Positions 20,253 through 28,192 of a DNA stretch of 30,017 nucleotides are shown piece after piece; the first letter of the stretch is position 1; each line of letters starts with the position of its first letter. The notes under the pieces were generated by a model, which saw only the letters and a list, made by a program, of their open reading frames with translations, was not told the origin of the DNA and ran no database searches. Source of the DNA: an uncultured Nitrosopumilales archaeon (lineage in GTDB: Archaea; Thermoproteota; Nitrososphaeria; Nitrososphaerales; Gagatemarchaeaceae); the NCBI GenBank assembly GCA_964486265.1, contig CAZAMW010000002.1, forward strand, positions 1-30,017. The letters run 5' to 3'. Made by a program: the position numbers and the translations under genes.

Positions 20253-20779
20253 CTTCCCTCCGGCTCGACGTGAATGGAGTCTTTCGCTATCCTGAAGGTA
20301 CCGCCCAGTATGGACCTCTGACTCACCATCCCAATCGGTTTGCCTCCCTCCGTGACCAGCAAACGTCTTATGTGGTGCTTGGCCATGATCTTCAGAGCTT
20401 CATTTATCGAGGTGTCTGACGGCACAGAGAAGATGGTTGGTGACATTATCGCCTTGAGCGAAGTCTTGGACGGCAGCGAGTCAGTGGCTGCCAACCTGTA
20501 AAGGACGTCTCTTTCCGTTACAATCCCGGTTGTCTCTCCGTTCACCGTAACGAGAACGCTTCCTGCGTCGTTCTCCTTCATCAGCTTGGCGGCGTCTAGT
20601 ACAGTATTGCTGGCTTCCAGCTTGAGCAAGCCGGACCTCACAAAGTCTTTCACGGTAAGCTGGCTCTCTTCCACGTGCCCAATCCAGAAAGTCGCTGAGT
20701 GGTGGCAGCTGGGGCACTCGTCCGGAGGACTCTCACTCTGTGTGACGTAAGAGCACCGATAGCATTCCCACTTTTCCAT
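20237..20779 (-). CDS. Rubredoxin-like CxxC..CPxC domain fused to a CBS-domain pair (180 aa)
   Basis: MEKWECYRCSY...PPDECPSC, then GIVTERD and RRLLV...GMVSQRS. Start re-assigned to ATG 20779, with CATATAC about 30 nt upstream. Confidence 0.85.
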   Translation of the reverse strand: MEKWECYRCSYVTQSESPPDECPSCHHSATFWIGHVEESQLTVKDFVRSGLLKLEASNTVLDAAKLMKENDAGSVLVTVNGETTGIVTERDVLYRLAATDSLPSKTSLKAIMSPTIFSVPSDTSINEALKIMAKHHIRRLLVTEGGKPIGMVSQRSILGGTFRIAKDSIHVEPEGSHGFA

Positions 20780-20854
20780 GATAAAATTGGGAAAAAGAAA
20801 TTGTCCGTATATGTCTTCCTTTGATGATGCGTTGATGTCTGCAAATAGCGTATA

Positions 20855-20870
20855 AATTGCGATCGCAATT
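20855..20870. promoter_or_regulatory. Perfect 16-bp palindrome AATTGCGATCGCAATT overlapping a TATAAA box
   Basis: Read directly; lies in the AT-rich divergent region between the rubredoxin-CBS gene and valS. Confidence 0.55.
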
Positions 20871-20910
20871 ACCCAATCGCTAAATACTCCCCCTATGGAG
20901 ATTTTGCGAC

Positions 20911-23250
20911 TTGGATACTCCGGCTCTGCCCAAGCTTGAGGCAACGAGTTGGAATCCGGTCTTGGAAGAAGAAATCAGGAGGGTCTGGGAATCAGAGAAT
21001 AGCTTCGTTTTTCAACCAAATAGCGAAAAAAAACGCAATTTCGTGATAGACACTCCTCCACCGTATCCCTCAGGGAAGCCCTGGCACCCGGGTGCGCTCA
21101 CGCAGTATTCCCAGATTGACATGGTAGCGCGTTCAGCTCGCATGAGGAATTTTAATGTACTGTACCCCGTCGGGATAGACAGGAACGGGCTTCCCGTCGA
21201 GATTGCTACCGAACGCAAGTACAGGATACAACTTAGAAAGACCCCACGCGATGAGTTCATTGCGCTCTGCAAGCATGCGCTCGACGATATCGAAGCGTAT
21301 ATGCTCGAGTTACTGAGAAGGATGGGAATATCCGGCGATTTTGAGAACAGGTATAGGACAGATTCCGAAGATTACAGGAAACTGACTCAGTGGTCATTCA
21401 TAGAGCTCTGGAACAAGGGGTTGGTCTACATCGCGAACAGGCCGAACAACTACTGCACCGACTGTGGTACAACAATCGCCGATGCAGAGATAGAGTACGA
21501 GGAGCTTCCAACCTATCTTGTCACCAACAGATTCAAGCTGAAAGAGGGTGGTGAAGAATTGCTTGTCGCGACGACCAGACCCGAACTTCTGGAGGCCTGT
21601 CAAATGGTGGTGGTCAATCCGGATGATGACAGGTACAAAGCCATAATCGGTAGGCATGTGGTGGTCCCAATATTCGGAAGGGAAGTCCCCGTTGTGGCGC
21701 ACAAGAGTGTCGACATGGCGTTTGGTACAGGGGCAGTGATGGTCTGCAGCTACGGCGATTATCGCGATGTGCAGCTCTTCAGGGAACTTAGGCTGAAGGA
21801 GATAGTGGCGATAGACATCGATGGTAAGATGACTCAGGCGGCGGGTAAGTATACAGGTATGGTCATCAAGGACGCCCGTTCGCAGATAATCCAAGACCTT
21901 CAAGAGCAAAAGATAGCCGTGAAGGTAGAACAGATTCAGCACAGGACGCCATTGTGTGAACGGAGTCACACGGCTATCGAGATAATACCGATGGAGGAAT
22001 TCTATCTCAAGCAGCTCGAGTTCCTTCCAAAACTTAGGAAACTGGCCAAGGAGATGGTTTTCCATCCTGAGATTCACAGACAGATTCTGACCAACTGGAT
22101 GAACTCACTGACCACAGATTATCCCATCTCCCGAAGAAGATACTATGCCACCGAGATTCCGATCTGGTATTGCAGTAAATGTGGCGAACCTCACCTGCCC
22201 AAACCCGGCAAGTACTACAGACCATGGAGAGACCCTGCTCCTTTCAAGAAATGTAAGAAGTGTGGAAACTCGAAGTTTGTTGGGGAGACGAAGACGTTTG
22301 ACACGTGGATGGATTCGAGCATATCAGCTCTGTACGTGACCAAGCGGCTAAGGAACACGAAGTTCTTTCGCGCCACTTATCCAGCGACGATCAGGACGCA
22401 GGGGAAGGACATCGTCAGGACGTGGCTCTACTACTCGCTGCTGAGATGTTATCTGCTAACGGGTAAGGCGCCGTTCAAGCACGCCTGGATAGGTGGTCTG
22501 GGTCAAGATGCGCAGGGACGTGCCATGCGGAAGAGCTTGGGTAACTTCGTGGACCCGGAACCGCTGCTTGAGAAGTACGGGACCGACAATTTCCGTTTCT
22601 GGGGGGCCTCCGAAGCGAACCTCGGATACGACTTCAGACTGAGCGAGGACAGAATTGCAGGTACAGGTAAGTTTCTCACGAAGCTTTGGAACACGGCCCG
22701 CTTCATTGGGTCGTTCCCTGAACCTAAATCGGCCACGCCTACGCAGACAGACAAGTGGATACTAGCCGAACTGAGCAAACTAACCGCTGAATGTATTGGC
22801 GGCTACGAAGACTTCAACATGTTCGTTCCGAGCACGAAAATAAGGGAGTTCCTCTGGAACGTCTTTGCGGCCCATTACATCGAGATGGTGAAGGGCAGAG
22901 CCTACGGAGACGTCAACAGCGAGGCCGACAGGGATGCTGCGCGTTATACGCTCCATCGTGTGATGAGGAGCATTTTATTGCTCCTGGCACCGATAGTCCC
23001 CCACGTCACGGACTACGTGTGGCGCAAGCTCTATGGCACGACCGCTATTCATCTGGAACTTTTCCCGAAAGCTACAGGTCACAAAGTTGCTCCCTCGGTC
23101 ACTCGGACTCTGATAGAATTCAACATGCAGGTGTGGAAGGCGAAAAGGGACAGGGGACTAGCCTTGAAGGAGCCCATCCAGATCGAAGTTCCAAGGAAGC
23201 TCAATCCGTACCTTGCGGACCTAGTCCGGATGCATCATATCACGAGCTAG
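20911..23250 (+). CDS. valS: Valyl-tRNA synthetase (archaeal type)
   Basis: IDTPPPYPSG, ATTRPELL, FGTGAVM, ISRRRYYATEIP, FDTWMDSS, QGKDIVRTW and FLTKLWN. HIGH and KMSKS are degenerate. Confidence 0.93.
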   Translation: MDTPALPKLEATSWNPVLEEEIRRVWESENSFVFQPNSEKKRNFVIDTPPPYPSGKPWHPGALTQYSQIDMVARSARMRNFNVLYPVGIDRNGLPVEIATERKYRIQLRKTPRDEFIALCKHALDDIEAYMLELLRRMGISGDFENRYRTDSEDYRKLTQWSFIELWNKGLVYIANRPNNYCTDCGTTIADAEIEYEELPTYLVTNRFKLKEGGEELLVATTRPELLEACQMVVVNPDDDRYKAIIGRHVVVPIFGREVPVVAHKSVDMAFGTGAVMVCSYGDYRDVQLFRELRLKEIVAIDIDGKMTQAAGKYTGMVIKDARSQIIQDLQEQKIAVKVEQIQHRTPLCERSHTAIEIIPMEEFYLKQLEFLPKLRKLAKEMVFHPEIHRQILTNWMNSLTTDYPISRRRYYATEIPIWYCSKCGEPHLPKPGKYYRPWRDPAPFKKCKKCGNSKFVGETKTFDTWMDSSISALYVTKRLRNTKFFRATYPATIRTQGKDIVRTWLYYSLLRCYLLTGKAPFKHAWIGGLGQDAQGRAMRKSLGNFVDPEPLLEKYGTDNFRFWGASEANLGYDFRLSEDRIAGTGKFLTKLWNTARFIGSFPEPKSATPTQTDKWILAELSKLTAECIGGYEDFNMFVPSTKIREFLWNVFAAHYIEMVKGRAYGDVNSEADRDAARYTLHRVMRSILLLLAPIVPHVTDYVWRKLYGTTAIHLELFPKATGHKVAPSVTRTLIEFNMQVWKAKRDRGLALKEPIQIEVPRKLNPYLADLVRMHHITS

Positions 23251-23251
23251 A

Positions 23252-24061
23252 CTATTCGAATCTCTTCGAGAGGATTCGGTAGTCGGCTTGGGATATCCTG
23301 ACGTTGATTGCCGCGGCGTTCTCTTCTATGTGCGAGATCTGGCCAGCTTTGGGAATTGTGACCACAGGTTCCGGATAGGTTACCCAGTTCAGCATCACCT
23401 GGGCGGGCGTCATCTCGTACTTCTCTGTGATCTCCTTCGGAATCCTGCTAGCAGGGATGCTCCCGGTTTCGAGAGGACTGTATGCTATGACGGTGAGCTT
23501 CTCACGCTCACAGAACGGTAGAACGTCAGCCTCTATCGAACGCGAGGTAAGGCTGTATCTTACCTGATTAGAGACGAGTTCGCTGCGCGGTAGAGACTCT
23601 TGTGCTTGCATGGTCTGTTCTACGGAGAAGTTACTCACACCAATGTATCTCGTCTTACCAGTCGCCACCAGTTCTTCCATCGCCTTCATCGTTTCACGTA
23701 TTGGAATCCGTTGATTAGGCCAGTGGAGCTGGTAGAGGTCGACGAATTTCACCCCCAACCTCTGTATGCTGGCTTCGCAGGACCGGATTAGGTCGTCGTA
23801 GCCGAAATGCTCCGGGGCAACTTTGGTGGCAAGGAACACGCTCTCCCTCGACGGAGCGATTGCCTCGCCTACGAGGGTCTCCGACCTGCCGTGTCCGTAG
23901 ACCTCGGCTGTATCGATAAACTTCATCCCGAGCTCTATACCTCTCTGAAGCGCCATAATCTCGTCCCTGCGTCTTTCCCCGGTCAAGTTTCCGAGGGCGT
24001 AGGTGCCCATGCCTATCACAGAAATCCTCTCTCCCGTGCGTCCGAGCGGCCTGCGGTCCAC
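23252..24061 (-). CDS. Aldo/keto reductase
   Basis: IGMGT, FIDTAEVYG, FLATKV, DLYQLHWP, IGVSNF and YSPL. Confidence 0.93.
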   Translation of the reverse strand: MDRRPLGRTGERISVIGMGTYALGNLTGERRRDEIMALQRGIELGMKFIDTAEVYGHGRSETLVGEAIAPSRESVFLATKVAPEHFGYDDLIRSCEASIQRLGVKFVDLYQLHWPNQRIPIRETMKAMEELVATGKTRYIGVSNFSVEQTMQAQESLPRSELVSNQVRYSLTSRSIEADVLPFCEREKLTVIAYSPLETGSIPASRIPKEITEKYEMTPAQVMLNWVTYPEPVVTIPKAGQISHIEENAAAINVRISQADYRILSKRFE

Positions 24062-24167
24062 AGCACCGCAGGCGCGTATCCCCGTTTTATTCTATCTGAT
24101 GGAGTGCGATTACCATGACGGTGCTTACAAAAGGTTAAAAGAAAACGGAATGCGCAAAGGCCGATCG

Positions 24168-24965
24168 ATGTCTATTCTTGAGAGCCCTACTGATGAGGCT
24201 AAAAGGATAATTGAGGCCGCTCAGCAAAGGAAGATTACGCTCAGGCTGTTCGGAGGAGTGTCGTTCTTCTTTAGGTGCCCGTCGGCCAAACATAGGAGTC
24301 TTCAGAGAAACTACGTCGACGTAGACTTCATGGGTCATGCAAAGCAGTCTAAGGAAATCAAGCAGTTGTTCGTGGAACTTGGATATGTACCGCGGGACAG
24401 GTTCAACGCTATGCAGGGCTACCGACGCTTGATCTTTAACGATGTTGGGCATCAAAGACGCGTGGATATTTTCCTCGACGTCTTCGAGATGTGCCACAAG
24501 TTCAACTTCAAGGACCGCCTTGAGATTGATCAGTACACCATTTCCCTGGCCGATATGCTTGCGACCAAGCTACAGATAGTCGAGATCAATCAGAAGGACC
24601 TGAAGGACATCGTGAGCATGTTCTCTGACCACGACGTAAGCAACGGCGATGTTCCGGAAGCAGTTAATGGTGCATATCTTGCCAAGCTGTGTGGTGGCGA
24701 ATGGGGATTGTATAAGACGCTTACAATGAATCTGGACAAAGTCCTCAAGGTAGTCAATGAGTTCGAGCTCTCCGACCCTGAGAAGGCTCTAGTGACTGAG
24801 CGGGTCAACAAACTCAGGAAGATGATAGAGGATGCGCCCAAGAGCATGGGATGGAAGATGCGCGCCAGGGTCGGAGAGCGCGTACAGTGGTATGAGCTGC
24901 CAGAAGCAGATAAGGAGGTGGTGGATTCGCGCGTCTCCACCGAAAACGGAACGCAGGGCACGTGA
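24168..24965 (+). CDS. Uncharacterised Pol-beta-superfamily nucleotidyltransferase-like protein (265 aa)
   Basis: LFGGVS..DVDF and RVDIF fit the hG[GS]..DxD..D triad. Start set at ATG 24168 from the TATA TTAAAAG at 24135-24141. Confidence 0.7.
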   Translation: MSILESPTDEAKRIIEAAQQRKITLRLFGGVSFFFRCPSAKHRSLQRNYVDVDFMGHAKQSKEIKQLFVELGYVPRDRFNAMQGYRRLIFNDVGHQRRVDIFLDVFEMCHKFNFKDRLEIDQYTISLADMLATKLQIVEINQKDLKDIVSMFSDHDVSNGDVPEAVNGAYLAKLCGGEWGLYKTLTMNLDKVLKVVNEFELSDPEKALVTERVNKLRKMIEDAPKSMGWKMRARVGERVQWYELPEADKEVVDSRVSTENGTQGT

Positions 24966-24980
24966 GGTTTTAAAACCTCA
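24963..24980. promoter_or_regulatory. Perfect 18-bp palindrome TGAGGTTTTAAAACCTCA containing TTTAAA
   Basis: Read directly; starts at the NTase stop codon and lies just upstream of the phosphoesterase start. Confidence 0.6.
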
Positions 24981-24985
24981 AACTG

Positions 24986-25951
24986 GTGAGTCAGGCATTG
25001 GTCAAAACAAGGCTGTTCTTCGTCACGGACGTCCACGGATCGGACAGGTGCTTCCGCAAGTTCGTAAACGCAGGAAAGTTCTACAACGCGAGTATACTCA
25101 TACTTGGGGGTGACATCACTGGGAAGATGATTGTCCCAGTGGTCAAGCAACCCGATGGCAGCTACAAGAGTGAATTTGGTGGGACGGCATACGTGATAAA
25201 GTCGCCTGAGCAACTGGCCGACGTAGTCAAGAACATCAAGGACTCTGGTTTCTATCCATACTTGTCGGAGCCGAAAGATGTTGAGGAGTTGTCCGCAAAA
25301 CCGGAACTCGTTAATCAGTTGTTCAAAAAGCTGATGAAGGAAAGCATAGAAGGTTGGATGAGATTGGCCGAGGAGAGATTGAAGGGCACGGGCATCAAGT
25401 GTTACGTCTCGCCCGGCAACGACGATTTCTTCGAGATTGACGGGGCCCTTGACTCAGCGACCTACGTGATAAACCCCGAGGAAAAGACAGTAAACATTGA
25501 TGGTGAGCATGAGATGATTACGCTGGGATACGCCAATCATACCCCATGGAACAGCCCAAGGGAAGTCGATGAGGAAGTCCTGCAGCAGAAGATAGACAAG
25601 ATGGTGTCCCAGATCAAGGACATGAAGACGGCGCTGTTCAACCTCCACGTGCCTCCTATCAACACCGTAATCGACCAAGCTCCGAAGCTGGATGAGACAT
25701 TGAAACCAGTCATCTCTGGAGGCAGCATAGTCATGACGTCGGCAGGTAGCACTGCAGTCCGAGCAAGCATAGAGAAATATCAGCCTCTCGCCGGAATTCA
25801 TGGTCACATCCACGAATCACGCGGGATGGTCAAAATTGGTCGGACAGTTTGCTTCAATCCTGGAAGTGAATACAACTCGGGCATCTTGAAGGGTCTCCTA
25901 TGCGACTTGGACAAGGACAAAGTAAAGTCGTACATGCTCACGTCTGGTTAA
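24986..25951 (+). CDS. Calcineurin-like metallophosphoesterase (Icc-related)
   Basis: TDVHGS, GGDITGK, PGNDD, HVPP, HGHIHE and NPGS. Start may be TTG 24998. Confidence 0.9.
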   Translation: MSQALVKTRLFFVTDVHGSDRCFRKFVNAGKFYNASILILGGDITGKMIVPVVKQPDGSYKSEFGGTAYVIKSPEQLADVVKNIKDSGFYPYLSEPKDVEELSAKPELVNQLFKKLMKESIEGWMRLAEERLKGTGIKCYVSPGNDDFFEIDGALDSATYVINPEEKTVNIDGEHEMITLGYANHTPWNSPREVDEEVLQQKIDKMVSQIKDMKTALFNLHVPPINTVIDQAPKLDETLKPVISGGSIVMTSAGSTAVRASIEKYQPLAGIHGHIHESRGMVKIGRTVCFNPGSEYNSGILKGLLCDLDKDKVKSYMLTSG

Positions 25952-25955
25952 GAAG

Positions 25956-26055
25956 AGCCTCGGGAGGGATTTGGACCCTCGACCACCTGCTTACAAGGCA
26001 GGTGCTCTACCAGGTTACCCGAAAGGCACCGCGCCTTTCACTGAGCTACCGAGGC
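25956..26055 (-). tRNA. tRNA-Thr(TGT) with a 26-nt D-loop intron at 15/16 (26015-26040)
   Basis: GCCTCGG/CCGAGGC acceptor, CCTGC-CTTGTAA-GCAGG anticodon arm. The intron has hairpin GAAAGGC/GCCTTTC, central helix GCTC/GGGT, and bulges AG|T and AA|C. Confidence 0.9.
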
Positions 26056-26466
26056 CCCAGTATCAGACGGCCCGCTATTGTCTTTATCTTCTTTGTCCCC
26101 TTCACGCGCTAGAAGGTCTAATGAGATGAGCCTCAGGAAGTACAGGAATTCTTCATCGTGAAATACCGTTCTGGTCGTTAAGTTCCGGTCGCTGGCGATC
26201 GAGCTAGCGAGTAGATGATAGCATGTCTTGCTCCTGCCTCCCAGGACGCTGAAGAAGAAGTGATTACACGAGCAGAAGGGTAACTCTGGGTCGATGAATT
26301 CGTCTCCATTCCTCCCGACGACCGTACGGATAGCGTGATTGCTCGGAAGGAACACGTGTTCCTTCACACGGCCTTGTAGCACGGCGTCTACGGCCCTCTC
26401 TACGTACTTCGAGCTCGAGCGGTCAGCGTATTTCGAGAGAAGTTCATCTCTTGTTTGGGCTCGCAT
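26038..26466 (-). CDS. SWIM zinc-finger protein
   Basis: FCSCNHF...TCYHLLA (CxC..CxH). ATG 26466 is preceded by GGAG. The last codons overlap the tRNA-Thr 5' end. Confidence 0.85.
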   Translation of the reverse strand: MRAQTRDELLSKYADRSSSKYVERAVDAVLQGRVKEHVFLPSNHAIRTVVGRNGDEFIDPELPFCSCNHFFFSVLGGRSKTCYHLLASSIASDRNLTTRTVFHDEEFLYFLRLISLDLLAREGDKEDKDNSGPSDTGASVAQ

Positions 26467-26474
26467 GTTTCTCC

Positions 26475-27563
26475 TCACTCAAAGAACTCTGCGAGAGACC
26501 TCTGAGCTTTGGCCTTTGAGAGGTCACTTACTCGTATCCCGGCTCGTCTGAGCTCTCGTCCGTCGTCAACAAGCGAGGAGAAGAGTTCCGTCAGTACGTT
26601 CTCAAGCGACAGGAAGTCTCTAGTCGGAGCATTCAGCCTTCTGCTCCGTGTCTTCGTCGAAAGGTCTGTGAGCATCCCAATCACCGAGACTGAATGAAAG
26701 AACACTTCGTTGTTGGTTATCTTTCTCTGAAGATCGGCCATTGCAGGAGAGAGCTGGGCGACTATATCTTGTACTTCTCGAGAATTGCGCTTCAGGGTTA
26801 TCATCCTGCTCAATTGCGTTACCTCTCCACTCTCTACGACGGGTTCGTCATTAATCCCGTTCGCAGCGTTGTGCAGATAGATTGAGAACTTGTGGTCAAG
26901 CACGCGGTCGAGCTCGTCTAGGTTCTTCTCGGCGAGGTCGGCCACCGTAACTATCCCGATACTCTTGAGTATGTTCGCGCTCTTGGGGCCGACCCCGTAG
27001 AGCTTCTCTATGAGCATGGGGCCGAGGAATTGAGGGATCCGCAATGGAGGGACCGAAGTCAGGCCGTCGGGTTTCTTGAAGTCAGATGCCAGCTTCGCGA
27101 TGATCTTGTTAGGGGCTACGCCTATTGAACAGGTAAGCTTCTCTTTCTCTAGAATGGCCGTCTTTATCCCCACTGCAATCTTTGTGGCAGTCTCATAGTT
27201 TTCCGTTGATTTTTTCGTTATGTCGAAGAAGGCTTCGTCTATGCCGGTCTGCTCCATTGCATCGACGTGCCCTCTGAGGATTTCCATTACACGATTTGAG
27301 TAATCCTGGTACTTTCCGTGATTCATTGGTACGAATGTGGCAAGGGTCCCCTCAAGTAGTCTCTTGGCCGCTGCTATCGGGATAGCAGATTTGACACCGA
27401 GCTCTCTGGCCTTGTAGTTCGCGGTGCTGACGACCCCGCTGTCTTCTGTACGCCCAGAATATACGCACACCACGAGCGGAAGGTCTCTAAGAGCCGGATT
27501 CTCTATCTCTTCTACTTGGGCATAGAAGTAGTCAAGGTCCAGATGGCCTACAACCCGCGTCAA
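26475..27563 (-). CDS. dinB: Y-family DNA polymerase IV (DinB/Dbh/Dpo4)
   Basis: HLDLDYFYAQVE, STANYKARELGV, GIDEAFFD, SIGVAPNK, AKLASDFKKPDG and LYGVGPK. Confidence 0.95.
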   Translation of the reverse strand: MTRVVGHLDLDYFYAQVEEIENPALRDLPLVVCVYSGRTEDSGVVSTANYKARELGVKSAIPIAAAKRLLEGTLATFVPMNHGKYQDYSNRVMEILRGHVDAMEQTGIDEAFFDITKKSTENYETATKIAVGIKTAILEKEKLTCSIGVAPNKIIAKLASDFKKPDGLTSVPPLRIPQFLGPMLIEKLYGVGPKSANILKSIGIVTVADLAEKNLDELDRVLDHKFSIYLHNAANGINDEPVVESGEVTQLSRMITLKRNSREVQDIVAQLSPAMADLQRKITNNEVFFHSVSVIGMLTDLSTKTRSRRLNAPTRDFLSLENVLTELFSSLVDDGRELRRAGIRVSDLSKAKAQRSLAEFFE

Positions 27564-27601
27564 GCTTTCGCAAGCCTTGGGTCTCCGCTTAAGAGGTTTT
27601 T

Positions 27602-27680
27602 TGGTGGGGTCGGCCGGATTTGAACCGGCGCTCTCAAGCGCCCGAGGCTTGAAGCCTGGACCAGACTAGCCGACGACCCC
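27602..27680 (-). tRNA. tRNA-Pro(CGG), intron-less, CCA encoded
   Basis: GGGGTCG/CGACCCC-A-CCA, CAAGC-CTCGGGC-GCTTG and GCCGG-TTCAAAT-CCGGC. Confidence 0.92.
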
Positions 27681-27784
27681 GCTCGTGCCCCGACCTAAAC
27701 CGACGGTTATATCTCTGTAGCGGCGAACCGATGAAATTCTCGAGCGCGTAGGCGTTATAAGTGGGGTCGTTCGGTGTATCAGCT

Positions 27785-28084
27785 ATGCCGGAAGCTACGA
27801 AAACCGTAATCGTTGGTCAATCAAAACCCATACTGAACTACGTCACTGCGTGTATCACCATGTTCAACGGCGGAGCTGATCATGTGGTGCTTCGCTCGAG
27901 GGGAGAGGCTATCAATATGGCGGTCGACGTCGCACAGTTACTCAAGAAGAGGTTCTTCAGCCAGGTCCAAATTTCGAAGATTCAAATCGATGGTGAAGAC
28001 GTCGTATCAAGGGACGGAAGACAGCTCAGTCTCCCAGTGTTGGAGATTGAGCTATCGATGCCGAAGGCTCAGAGTACAACCTGA
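27785..28084 (+). CDS. albA: Alba DNA/RNA-binding chromatin protein
   Basis: VIVGQSKPILNYV, RSRGEAINMAVDVA and LEIEL; TATA TTATAAG about 30 nt upstream of ATG 27785. Confidence 0.88.
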   Translation: MPEATKTVIVGQSKPILNYVTACITMFNGGADHVVLRSRGEAINMAVDVAQLLKKRFFSQVQISKIQIDGEDVVSRDGRQLSLPVLEIELSMPKAQSTT

Positions 28085-28192
28085 GCAAGCAAGCTCCTGA
28101 GCCTCGTCGCTTAACTCCTTCCTCGCAATGGATGGATGGTTTGAGGCCGCCTGTACTTGTCGCATAGCAGAAAGGGGTCGTGATGGACGGCG

